From Candidatus Poribacteria bacterium (GTDB lineage: Bacteria > Poribacteria > WGA-4E > PCPOR2b): a stretch of 64,000 bases of DNA. The stretch lies in assembly GCA_965218095.1 (NCBI GenBank), contig OZ244587.1:64001-128000 (forward strand). Direction: 5' to 3'. Below are positions 11,022-20,760 of this stretch, one piece after another (within the stretch, counting starts at the first letter, position 1; every line of letters starts with the position of its first letter). Under the pieces are notes generated by a model. That model saw nothing but the letters and a program-made list of their open reading frames with translations, had not been told where the DNA came from and did not search any database. Both the position numbers and the translations under genes were made by a program.

Positions 11022-11094
11022 GGGCCTATAGCTCAGTGGTCAGAGCCGCCGGCTCATAACCGGCTGGTCCTAGGTTCGAATCCTAGTGGGCCCA
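11022..11094 (+). tRNA. tRNA with CAT anticodon, most likely tRNA-Ile2 (lysidine-modified)
   Basis: GGGCCTA/TGGGCCC acceptor with A discriminator; anticodon arm GCCGG-CTCATAA-CCGGC; paired 1:72, so not the initiator tRNA. Confidence 0.9.
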
Positions 11095-11148
11095 TTATTT
11101 CCTTTCCATCGTCCATTTCCTCTCCTTTCCACTGTAAATCCTGTGTAT

Positions 11149-11221
11149 GGGGCGTTAGCTCAGGGGTACGAGCGCTACCTTCACACGGTAGAAGTCACTG
11201 GTTCAAATCCAGTACGCCCCA
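11149..11221 (+). tRNA. tRNA-Val(CAC)
   Basis: GGGGCGT/ACGCCCC acceptor; anticodon arm CTACC-TTCACAC-GGTAG; T-loop GGTTCAAATCC. Confidence 0.95.
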
Positions 11222-11336
11222 TCACCTCCCTCATTGTGTTTTCCCGTTATCTTCCTTCCCTATCAGCGTTTGTTCTCCAAGCTAATACCCATCTATCGAT
11301 CCTGTTATTTTTCGACAAAGAAAGGTAGGAACAACA

Positions 11337-12479
11337 ATGAAGATTACGAATATCAAAACGGTCATGGCTCGCTTCGGCGGCCGTTCCAGGGGCCTAATTA
11401 AAATCGAGACCGACGAAGGCCTCTACGGGTGGGGCGAAACCTACTCCGTCGGACCAAACCTTTCCGCCGAACCCATCGCCGATTACATCTTCGAGATGAT
11501 CAAAGGTGAAGATCCGCGCCGCATCGAATACATCATGCTGAAAATTCACCAGCAGTTCCGCTTCCCTGCCGGTGGTACGGGTTTGGCTGTTATCTCCGCT
11601 ATCGATCACGCGCTCTGGGACATCAGCGGTAAGGCTGCCGGACTTCCCGTCTATATGCTCCTCGGGGGAACTGCCCGCGACCGCGTCCGTGTCTATCACG
11701 GCATCGGTGGTCGCAATGGCGAGGAGGTCGGCGAAAGGGCACAGAAATTGCACGAAGAATGGGGCTTTGCAGCCTTCAAGACCAGCCCTTATCAACTCAA
11801 CCCCGATGCCGATCGCTGGGGACGGGTCTGCGCAGCCGCCGCCGAATACTTCGAGGACATCCGCAACAACACGCCGGACGACTGGGAATTTGCCTTCGAC
11901 CCGCATGCGAAGATCTTCGAGCCCATTCGCGCTCTGCAATTAGCCAATGCGCTGGCGCCTTATGACCCCTACTTCTACGAAGAACCATTGAGGCCCGAGC
12001 ATATTCCCGCCTGGTCACGCTTGCGCTCTCAGATGCAGGTGCCGCTGGCGACCGGCGAAAGCCTCTACACTCGCTTCGAGTTTCTCGACCTGCTGGCTGC
12101 TCAAGGGGCGGACATCATTCAGCCGGACATCTGTGTCTGCGGCGGGTTGCTCGAAATGCGCAAGATCGCCGCCATCGCCGAAGCGCATTACGTTTCCATC
12201 GCGCCCCACAACCCGATGGGCCCCCTGGCGACAGCGGTGAACGTCCACTTTGCCGCTTCAACGCCAAATTTCAAGATCCTCGAGTACATCCTGCCAGTGG
12301 ACACCGAATGGAATGAGTGGGTGGACGAACCTTATCTGCCCAAAGACGGGTACCTGGAGTTGCGAGACCGTCCTGGCCTCGGCGTGGAGGTGAATGAAGA
12401 CGCCATCACCGATAATGAATATATCCACTGGCAGCGCACCTGCCCGATTCGCCCAGACGGGGCAACCGGGTACATTTAG
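11337..12479 (+). CDS. mandelate racemase/muconate lactonizing enzyme family, galactonate dehydratase-like
   Basis: SAIDHALWDISGK, FYEEP, LATGE, DIIQPD, APHNP, PGLGVE. Confidence 0.9.
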   Translation: MKITNIKTVMARFGGRSRGLIKIETDEGLYGWGETYSVGPNLSAEPIADYIFEMIKGEDPRRIEYIMLKIHQQFRFPAGGTGLAVISAIDHALWDISGKAAGLPVYMLLGGTARDRVRVYHGIGGRNGEEVGERAQKLHEEWGFAAFKTSPYQLNPDADRWGRVCAAAAEYFEDIRNNTPDDWEFAFDPHAKIFEPIRALQLANALAPYDPYFYEEPLRPEHIPAWSRLRSQMQVPLATGESLYTRFEFLDLLAAQGADIIQPDICVCGGLLEMRKIAAIAEAHYVSIAPHNPMGPLATAVNVHFAASTPNFKILEYILPVDTEWNEWVDEPYLPKDGYLELRDRPGLGVEVNEDAITDNEYIHWQRTCPIRPDGATGYI

Positions 12480-12533
12480 ACAGGAAACGTGAATTGAGCA
12501 GATGTTACAAATTGTGAGTTGGGATTTCCATAC

Positions 12534-12593
12534 GTCAGCCTGAGTGAGGCGAAGCATCTCAAACGACGAGATCCTTCGCTCGCTCAGAATGAC
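12534..12593. repeat. REP-like palindromic element (GTCA..CTGAG...CTCAGAATGAC family)
   Basis: Imperfect inverted repeat; second copy at 61382-61443 with a similar downstream tail (GAAAA.GCAGTT). Confidence 0.7.
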
Positions 12594-12673
12594 CAACCGA
12601 AAATGCAGTTTAGGCTCTTGACAAGCATAAAGGGCCACAACTAAATTTCAAACAAGACTGAGGAGGACAAATT

Positions 12674-14632
12674 ATGAACACGGTTCGGTTTCACATTTTG
12701 CTTTTGGTCGCTGTGATAGTAGCAACCCAGCACACCTGTGTTTCAACCAATACGCAAAAACAAGCGGGAAAACTCATCCAGGAAAAGGATTATCAAGGCG
12801 CTGCTGATGTGTATCAGGCGGTCATCGATTCCAAACCCGGAACGCCGGATGCTCGCCAGGCGCAATTAGGCATCGCCAAGTTATATATCGACAAAATGAA
12901 TAGATCCCAACAGGGCGCTCAGGTTTATCAAGACCTCATCGCTGCGGCGCCGGACAGCGAGGAAGCTGCCCAAGCCCACTGGCGCCTGGGCATCTATGCT
13001 TTCAAAACGAAAAAAGATTATGAGTTGGCACAACAATCCTTTGACGCCATCATTAACAAATTTCCGAGCCTTGAGCTGAGTCATAACGCGCAACTGATGC
13101 TGGCAAAGAGCTATGAGGAAGCTGAGGATTATGAGAAGGCAGCAGAGATCTACGACAATGTCGCAAACCGCCATCCCAAAGGTGACCGTGCTGCACAAGC
13201 ACTCACCAATAAAGCCAAGATTCAGAAGGAATACCTGCAGGATGAAAACGAAGCCAAGCGAACCTACCAAACCCTCGTCAAGCGGTATGGCAAGATCGAA
13301 GGGACTGAAAAAGCGGTTGAGAAGGCGAAACAAGAACTCGAACTGATGCGGGCAAGTATCCCCGAACCGGTTGATCCGTTGGCGACAGAATATGGACGGC
13401 AACTCGCGGCGCGGGAGAAACGCCGGGAACGCGATCGCCCGCGGGGCGGCGTTGAACGCAGTCCCGCGATGGGTGTGGTAGCTACAGCCGCGGACTCCGG
13501 TTTCGGCGTGAATGCTGACGAGATCATGAGAGACTTTGGCCCCCAGGCTCAAGGAGATGAGGAAGGAACTTACTACGATGCGATGTTGCAGATTGCTAGC
13601 TATAACTTTATGGATGAACGCTATCGTGACGCCGGGGCGTTGTATTTTCGTGCGATTGAACTTGCCAAAGCGGATGATACGGAGGTCGATCCGCTGCATC
13701 ATGCCCATCTTCGTCTATCGATCTGCTATCGCAAACTTGGAATGCACCAGCGTGCGGCTAAGCTATTAAGGAAAGCTGTCAGGCGAGATAAACGAGTTCT
13801 TGAGTCTGTCATCACGACAGGCGGGACGCAATACAGCGATGGGGATTACGAAAAAGCGATTGAAACTTACAACTCTGTCTTGGGTGTGAATCGAACCAAA
13901 GACCCGGAGATTTATTGGAGACTAGGACTCGTCTACCAAAAAATGGGCGATTACCAGAAGGAAGCGGAATCTTGCGAGCGCGCCATCGCCGGCAACACGG
14001 AATACACCGACGCACTCCAAAGTCTTGCCTATGTGCTTTACCGCCATCTAAACGAAAAAGACCGGGGTGAGATCTTCGACGATCTCGCCAAGGGCACAGG
14101 CAACACTTACGATGGCGAAAAGGAACTGGGCGCTATCTGTTATAAATATGGCGCCTACCACCGGGCAAAATCAAAATACAAGGTAGCCGCACGTATTGCC
14201 CAACGGCAGAAAAAAGATGCCACAACCGAAGCGGAAAAACGTCTCCTCGATAATCAGATTGTCTACGCAAGGGTGCACGCAGCGATGGCTGCCTACAAAA
14301 GCGGAATGGAAGATAAAGCGCAAGAAATCCTGGATGCGCTCGCCGCCGAATATGTCGATCACCCACTGATACCATACGGACAGGGACAGCTTGCCCTGTT
14401 CAAAGGCAACGCCGATGCCGCAATTGCCGCCTTCAAAGCGTCGATGGAAAAAGATCCGGCTTTTGATGCGGCACCCATCGCGCTAGGTGAATATTATCTC
14501 TCACAGGGATATACGGATGAGGCAATCGCGTTATGGCAGGAATTCCTTAAAACCAGGTCCCGTAATCGCGTGGTACGTCGCCTTCTCAACCAGTTGAAAA
14601 AGCAGATTGAAGCACCAGCAGCCTCGGATTAG
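12674..14632 (+). CDS. secreted multi-TPR protein
   Basis: Signal-like N-terminus, many TPR helices, AGGAGG SD. Confidence 0.85.
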   Translation: MNTVRFHILLLVAVIVATQHTCVSTNTQKQAGKLIQEKDYQGAADVYQAVIDSKPGTPDARQAQLGIAKLYIDKMNRSQQGAQVYQDLIAAAPDSEEAAQAHWRLGIYAFKTKKDYELAQQSFDAIINKFPSLELSHNAQLMLAKSYEEAEDYEKAAEIYDNVANRHPKGDRAAQALTNKAKIQKEYLQDENEAKRTYQTLVKRYGKIEGTEKAVEKAKQELELMRASIPEPVDPLATEYGRQLAAREKRRERDRPRGGVERSPAMGVVATAADSGFGVNADEIMRDFGPQAQGDEEGTYYDAMLQIASYNFMDERYRDAGALYFRAIELAKADDTEVDPLHHAHLRLSICYRKLGMHQRAAKLLRKAVRRDKRVLESVITTGGTQYSDGDYEKAIETYNSVLGVNRTKDPEIYWRLGLVYQKMGDYQKEAESCERAIAGNTEYTDALQSLAYVLYRHLNEKDRGEIFDDLAKGTGNTYDGEKELGAICYKYGAYHRAKSKYKVAARIAQRQKKDATTEAEKRLLDNQIVYARVHAAMAAYKSGMEDKAQEILDALAAEYVDHPLIPYGQGQLALFKGNADAAIAAFKASMEKDPAFDAAPIALGEYYLSQGYTDEAIALWQEFLKTRSRNRVVRRLLNQLKKQIEAPAASD

Positions 14633-14649
14633 GGGCTGTTGACAAACTA

Positions 14650-15469
14650 GGTTCTGTTGACATTTGAGTATAAGGTTGTGGCATAATAGAAGAATGACGC
14701 CAATAACCTTACCTGATGAACAATGGAATAAGATATACCAGTTTCTTCTAAGCTGTCCCACCATCTATGTTGGCGACGAAGCTGCTACACGCCGCTTCGT
14801 CGAAGCGGTTCTGTGGGTGACTCGTAGTGGGGCTCAATGGAGACTTCTACCAGACACCTATGGCAAATGGAACACCCTCTACAAGCGGTTTGCTCGATGG
14901 TACGACAAAGGTATCTTCACACAGATGCACCACCACTTCGCCTCTGACCCCGATATCGAGTCGCTTATTGTGGACAGTACAATTTGCCGCGCGCACCCGT
15001 GTGCGGCGGGCGCCTTAAAAAAAACGGTGGCACTGAAAACCAAGCATTAGGTCGCTCTCGGGGCGGTTTCAGTACAAAAATTCACATCACAGTTAACGGA
15101 CTAGGCAATCCCCTAAGAATTCATCTGACCCCCGGTCAGAGACATGACATAACTGAGGCGGAAGGGTTGATAATCGGATATAACAGTGAATATGTGATTG
15201 GAGACAAGGGGTACGATTCGGACGCTTTTATCGCCGTTATTGAGGCGAATGGAGCGATTGCGGTGATACCGCCAAAAAGTCATCGTGTTGACCAAAGAAC
15301 GTATGACAAACACTTATACAAAGAGAGACATCGGGTTGAATGTTTCATTAACAAGATAAAATGGTATCGTCGTATCTTCTCTCGGTTTGAGAAGTTAGCT
15401 GTCCGTTATTTTGGATTTCTCAGCTTTGTCTCCACTCTTATATGGCTCCGTTGAAATGTCAACAGAACC
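14650..15469 (+). mobile_element. IS5 family (IS427 subgroup) insertion sequence, 820 bp
   Basis: Perfect 16-bp TIRs GGTTCTGTTGACATTT / AAATGTCAACAGAACC, TA flanks, two overlapping ORFs. Confidence 0.93.
14694..15454 (+). CDS. IS5-family DDE transposase, orfA/orfB joined by -1 frameshift
   Basis: orfA WRLLP..YGKWNTLYKRFARW; A8 slippery run 15017-24; orfB ALGRSRGGFSTKIH, GDKGYDSD, YKERHRVECFINKIK. Confidence 0.93.
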
Positions 15470-15471
15470 TA

Positions 15472-15611
15472 ATACCATTTCCGATTGACAATCAAGCATA
15501 ACTTCTGGAAGGAATGGAGGGAAAGGAAGAACGGAAGAAAACCATCCTTCCTTTCCTTCCGTTCTTCCCTTCCTTCCGCTCTAATACTGTGTTTTTATTC
15601 AGAAACGCTAT
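15472..15611. mobile_element. small MITE-like element with purine/pyrimidine hairpin
   Basis: Imperfect TIRs ATACCATTTCCGATT / ATTCAGAAACGCTAT; internal GGAAG-rich and CTTCC-rich arms, similar to 52540-52605. Confidence 0.5.
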
Positions 15612-15725
15612 AAATAAGGCGCAGCAGACTGTGCTCGTCCGAGAATCGGACTGAACCTTTCTGTTCTACGCCTTCCGCGAGTTTGTCAACACACCCTAGT
15701 CCCAATCGCAGGAGGTTTCACTTCC

Positions 15726-18700
15726 ATGTCCATTCCGAAACTATCCGTCAGCAATCCTGTTCTGGCGAACCTGCTCATGATCGCCATCATCGTATTTGGT
15801 GTATATGCCTGGATTGTTCTCCCCAGAGACTTGACCCCCGAAATCTCTCTCCACTCCGCTACCGTGACAACATTCTATCCCGGCGCCTCCTCCGAAGATG
15901 TCGAAAAACTCGTTACCGTGCCGATTGAGGATGCAATTGAAGAGGACATGAGCAAAATCGACCTCATTGTTTCTGCCTCGTCGGAGGAACGGTCGTTGAT
16001 CTCCATCCAATTTGAGGAAATCGGCGACCGTGAGTTTGATAAACAATTTCAGAATCTTCGGACAGCCGTGGATAGAGTCAATGAGCTCCCGGCTGAGATT
16101 CTGGAGGAACCCCAGGTGCTGGCACTCGATATATCGACCGGTTTTCCGATGCTGACGGTTGTTGTTGGTGGGGAGATTTCGGAAGATCGGATGAAGGAAA
16201 TTGCTGAGAACCTGAAAGATGAAATCCGTGAAATTCAAAATATTGCCTCCGTCCGGTTAGCGGGAGTGCGTGAAAGGGAAATCTGGGTCGAAGTCAATCC
16301 GGATCAGTTGAAGGCATATTATCTCCCCATCGAAGCGGTCATCAACGCGCTGAAATCCCATAACCTGAACCTCCCCGCGGGAACATTAGAAGTGGGGACA
16401 TCGGAGTACCTGGTACGCACGATGGGAGAGTTTAGCAACCTGAAAGAAATTGAAGACACAATTATACGCGCCCAACGGACGGGAACCCCTTTGCGGATAC
16501 GCGATGTTGCGACCGTCTCCGATACTTATGAGAAGTCACGTACATTATCGCACATCAACGGTACGCCATCGATTAGCCTGACTGTCCAAAAGAAGACGGA
16601 GGGCAACACTATCAAACTCGTCAAGCAGATTCGGCAACTGGTCGAGAGGCGCGAACGCGACCTGCCAGAGGGGACGGAACTTTCGGTAGTAAATGACTAC
16701 TCCATTATCCTAAAAGAGCGACTTGGCATTCTGCAAAATAACGCCCTTTTTGGACTCATCCTTGTCGTTATTCTCCTTTTCCTCTTTCTGGGGTGGCGTA
16801 ACGCCCTTTTTGCAGCATTGGGCATCCCGGTTGCGTTCATGGCGACCTTCTTCTTTCTGCACTTGACAGGATATATCCTCAGCAGCGTCGCATTGTTCGG
16901 CTTAATTTTGGTTGTTGGTGTCGTCGTGGACGATGCAATCGTCGTGATTGAAAACGTGTTCCGCCACATTCAGCAAGGCAAATCTCCGAAAGAAGCAGCT
17001 GTTGCCGGCGCCGAAGAGGTTGGGCGGCCCGTCCTTTCGGCAAGTTTGACCACGATTGCCGCGTTTGGACCGCTCATGTTTATGTCAGGTATCCCTGGCC
17101 AGTTTATGCGAATCGTCCCAATGGTCGCCATCCTGGTGATACTCGCATCGTTGCTCGAGGTCTTCATGATCTTGCCAGCCCATATCGCAGAGTGGGGGAT
17201 GGCGCAGAGTCGGGAGCAACGGCGGTGTACCTGGTTTGATCGGGTGAGAGGGCACTATGTTCGTATCCTCAAGCGAACGATTCGCTGGCGCTATGCGGTT
17301 GTCTCTAGCGTTTTGGGCTTTGGGGTATTGGTCTCTATCGGCGCTTTTCTGCTGCTGGAGAAGGAACTCTTCCCCGGTGAAGATTTTCCGCAATTTTACA
17401 TCAAGGCGGAAATGCCAACGTCATTTAGTATAAAACAGACATCCGCTATTCTAGCAAAGGTCGAGGAAGTTGCCATGTCCCTTCCGTCTGACGAGCGCGT
17501 CGCCGTTGTGACAAACATCGGTTTGCTCACACCGACCGGTTCTCTTCTTGAGGGCGTGACCTTCCGCTCCAACGTCGGCGAAGTGTTGGTTGAATTGGCG
17601 CCGAAGGATGAACGTGAGCGAAGCACGGATGAGATTGTCGCAGGACTCCGGGGGAAGGTCGCAGAAATCAGTGGGATAGAGAAACTCACATTTGACAGGC
17701 TGGAAGGTGGACCGCCACAAGGCAAAGATGTCGAGGTGAAAGTCAAAGGAGAACAGTTTGAGGAGTTGGAAAAGATTGCCGAATTGCTCAAGGGAGAGCT
17801 ACATCAAATGGATGGCGTCTACAATATACAGGAGGACTTTCTGACAGGTAAAGTAGAGCTCCGAATTCGTATCAAGGAAGAGAAAGCACATCAGTACGGC
17901 TTAAATATCTTCCAGATTGCTTACAACGTGCGCAACGCCCTCGAAGGAAATACAACGACTACTTATCGTGATGCGGACGAGTCAGTTGATGTCGTTGTGA
18001 AATATGATCAGCATGCTCTGCGAACAGTCGCCAATCTTGAGGAACTGGTGATCACCACCCCGGCCGGGGTGATTGTGCCGCTAAGGGATGTCGCCGAAGT
18101 GCGAGAGGAAGCGGGTTATGCCGAAATTCGGCGGTTTGAGAACGAACGTGCGATTACCGTCTCCGCTACTGTGGACAAGAAAAAGACGAGCGCCTTCATG
18201 GTCAACCAAGCATTGATTGGGGCTTTCAGCAATATTGAATCGATGTTCCCCGGCTATCGCCTCGACTTCCGCGGCGTCTTCGACCAGATCCAAGAATCAT
18301 TTGGCGAACTCTGGAAGTTGTTTATCGTTGGGGTTTTAATCATGTACGTCATATTAGGAACACAGTTCAAATCCTTTATTCAGCCAGTCATTATTCTCTT
18401 TGCCGTGCCTTTTGGCATCATCGGTGCGATGGTCGGATTGTTAGCCGTTGGTGCGACATTGAGCATGGTCGCAATGTTTGGTATTGTTGCGTTGGCAGGG
18501 ATCGTTGTCAATGACTCGATTGTATTGATTGACTTCATGAACAAGTACCGCGAGCGTGGCTATAACAAGTGGCGAGCAATTCTTAAAGGTGGAAGCGTGC
18601 GTCTACGCCCGATAATCTTAACCTCAATCACAACGATCTTCGGCTTAATCCCGATGGCAACCGGGCTAGGTGGAAAGTCGCCAATCTGGATGCCGCTGGC

Positions 18701-18872
18701 GAGCACAATCATCTTTGGACTTTCCGCAGCCACGTTTCTGACGTTATTTATCATGCCAGCGTTATACGCAATTACGACGGATTTACGTGCATTGTTCGTC
18801 AAGCGCGAGGAATCGGTGGCTGTCCCGGTTATTGAGGAAGCGCCTATCGGTGCACAGTCTGCGGACGATTGA
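15726..18872 (+). CDS. RND efflux transporter permease (AcrB/AcrD/AcrF family)
   Basis: 1048 aa; GVVVDDAIVVIEN, GIVVNDSIVL, RLRPIILTSITT. Confidence 0.95.
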   Translation: MSIPKLSVSNPVLANLLMIAIIVFGVYAWIVLPRDLTPEISLHSATVTTFYPGASSEDVEKLVTVPIEDAIEEDMSKIDLIVSASSEERSLISIQFEEIGDREFDKQFQNLRTAVDRVNELPAEILEEPQVLALDISTGFPMLTVVVGGEISEDRMKEIAENLKDEIREIQNIASVRLAGVREREIWVEVNPDQLKAYYLPIEAVINALKSHNLNLPAGTLEVGTSEYLVRTMGEFSNLKEIEDTIIRAQRTGTPLRIRDVATVSDTYEKSRTLSHINGTPSISLTVQKKTEGNTIKLVKQIRQLVERRERDLPEGTELSVVNDYSIILKERLGILQNNALFGLILVVILLFLFLGWRNALFAALGIPVAFMATFFFLHLTGYILSSVALFGLILVVGVVVDDAIVVIENVFRHIQQGKSPKEAAVAGAEEVGRPVLSASLTTIAAFGPLMFMSGIPGQFMRIVPMVAILVILASLLEVFMILPAHIAEWGMAQSREQRRCTWFDRVRGHYVRILKRTIRWRYAVVSSVLGFGVLVSIGAFLLLEKELFPGEDFPQFYIKAEMPTSFSIKQTSAILAKVEEVAMSLPSDERVAVVTNIGLLTPTGSLLEGVTFRSNVGEVLVELAPKDERERSTDEIVAGLRGKVAEISGIEKLTFDRLEGGPPQGKDVEVKVKGEQFEELEKIAELLKGELHQMDGVYNIQEDFLTGKVELRIRIKEEKAHQYGLNIFQIAYNVRNALEGNTTTTYRDADESVDVVVKYDQHALRTVANLEELVITTPAGVIVPLRDVAEVREEAGYAEIRRFENERAITVSATVDKKKTSAFMVNQALIGAFSNIESMFPGYRLDFRGVFDQIQESFGELWKLFIVGVLIMYVILGTQFKSFIQPVIILFAVPFGIIGAMVGLLAVGATLSMVAMFGIVALAGIVVNDSIVLIDFMNKYRERGYNKWRAILKGGSVRLRPIILTSITTIFGLIPMATGLGGKSPIWMPLASTIIFGLSAATFLTLFIMPALYAITTDLRALFVKREESVAVPVIEEAPIGAQSADD

Positions 18873-19310
18873 GAATCCAAGCTCATCAATTTCACTCCCT
18901 GCCAACTTCCCACCTTCATACGTGGCCACTGTACTCTCAAAGAAACCCGACCATGATAGCAAAGATGAGGCGTTTCAGGTTTTGCGAATCGACGAATCTG
19001 CAAATCTGCGAATCGAGCGAACCACGAAAAACCCGCTCCCACGCCTCCTCACCCCCACGCTTCGATACCAGTCACTACGCATTTTCTCATATATTTAGTG
19101 ATAGCACACCATCCTCGTTGGGGTATAGTATAATTGTCTTGGTTCCTTGCCATTTGCCCTATCTGTTTCCGTTCCTTCCGTTTCTTCTTTCCCCTCACCT
19201 CACTCACTGCTCTGCACCGCGAATCCTTTATGACTGTGACACTGCAAGCTTCCCCTCCAAAAAAATGTCTCATCACCTTCAAACCCTCAACTTCAGGAAG
19301 AGATTCAACT

Positions 19311-19589
19311 ATGGACCAACTACTCAAAACGCTGACGCTGCAACTGAAAGCTGCTGCCAGAAAAATAACTCACAATCCCGATTTGCAGGACGGTCTCTTT
19401 CAAGAAACACCCATTTTTCCCCACGTTGCTCAACGTTTGGCGTATCGAAGCGAGGCCCCGTCTGCGCCAGAACGCTGGTTGCCAGAAACACCACGCAAAG
19501 TCCGGTTAAGATGGGCCATTTTGTTATCTTCATGTGTTTGCCTTCCGTCACAGTTTTCTACACGCAGAACCGCTCAACAAATTGACTAA
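19311..19589 (+). pseudogene. possible ECF sigma-factor region 2 remnant
   Basis: LKAAARKITHNPDLQDGLFQE resembles the sigma70 r2 'A..DL.QE' helix; remainder degenerate. Confidence 0.35.
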
Positions 19590-20682
19590 ACACAGAAACA
19601 GCTTGATCTAGCTGATCCAATTCAATCCATTCATCGACGGTATGGGCTTGCAGAATACTTCCCGGCCCGATAACGATGAGTTCCATGTGTTGTCCAAAAA
19701 CTGTGCCATCTGTGCCGTAAGGGACGGTTAACGACTCGTCCTTCCCCGTGATTTCGAGAGCTGCACGCACAATCTCGGAATCACGGGGCGTAACCATCGG
19801 CTCTCGCCAGTGGTGGATGTCAAACGCTAAACCGTGCTTTTCGGCGGATTGACGGGCGCGATCAACCCACTCCTGTGGATTTTGCCCCGGCATCGGGCGA
19901 TAGTTAATCATGCAGGTGCTCAGAGGCGGCGTGATGTTTGCCGCATTACTGCCATCGCTAATCGTGATATTCCAATCCGAGAAAGGCGGGTCAAAATCAT
20001 CGTTAAAGTATGCCGAATCTGTTGTCAGCGTGTTGTAGATCTTTCGCATCTCAGACAGGAAGGGGATAAGCTTGAGATTTGCGTTCTCTCCTTTGCCCGT
20101 ACTGCTATGCGCCGCATGCCCCCGCGCTGTCACGACAAACCGGATGACGCCTTTATGCGCATGAATCACCTTTAGCAACGTGGGCTCACCGACGATGCCG
20201 TATCGTGGAAAAGACGCTTTGAACATCTCTGATCGCTCTACAACTGCCTTCGCACCGATACAGCCAACCTCTTCATCCGCTGTGACAACCACGTAAATGG
20301 GATGTTCGAGTTCCGACGCTGAATAGCGTGATGCAACTTCGAGCATGCAAGCAACGCTTCCTTTCATGTCGCAACTGCCGCGACCGTACATTTTCGTTCT
20401 GTCAATTCGTCCCTCAAACGGATCAAGATCCCAACCCTCCACAGGTACGGTATCAATATGTCCAAGAAACGCAAGACCATGATCTCCAGAACTATTGCGT
20501 TTGCCCTTCCGACCAATTAGGTTTGCCTTGCGTACCCCGTTCGGATCGAGATATTCAACCCGTTCAACCTCACAACCGATCTTCCGCATCAGCGACTCCA
20601 GAAAATCCACCGCTTCAATATTGCTATTCCGACTTACGGTATTGTAGCGAATGAGATCTTGGGTTAGCTCTGTTGCATTCAT
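19558..20682 (-). CDS. argE: acetylornithine deacetylase (M20 family)
   Basis: GHIDTVP, GRGSCDMKG, DEEVGC, GEPT, HKG, GPGSILQAHTVDEW. Confidence 0.85.
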   Translation of the reverse strand: MNATELTQDLIRYNTVSRNSNIEAVDFLESLMRKIGCEVERVEYLDPNGVRKANLIGRKGKRNSSGDHGLAFLGHIDTVPVEGWDLDPFEGRIDRTKMYGRGSCDMKGSVACMLEVASRYSASELEHPIYVVVTADEEVGCIGAKAVVERSEMFKASFPRYGIVGEPTLLKVIHAHKGVIRFVVTARGHAAHSSTGKGENANLKLIPFLSEMRKIYNTLTTDSAYFNDDFDPPFSDWNITISDGSNAANITPPLSTCMINYRPMPGQNPQEWVDRARQSAEKHGLAFDIHHWREPMVTPRDSEIVRAALEITGKDESLTVPYGTDGTVFGQHMELIVIGPGSILQAHTVDEWIELDQLDQAVSVFSQFVERFCV

Positions 20683-20760
20683 AATTATTCCTCCGGGAAC
20701 TGTAGATTAGCGCATTGGTTCGTTGGATGCCTAAACGGATGAGCCAATGGACTCATATTT

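Larger units (their letters stand above)
14632..15696. mobile_element. outer MITE/IS remnant hosting nested insertions
   Basis: TIRs GGGGCTGTTGACAAACT / AGTTTGTCAACACACCC (15/17), TA on both flanks. Confidence 0.65.

Noticed and set aside
11086-11328. 80-aa ORF
   Set aside because: Shadow translation across tRNA-Val
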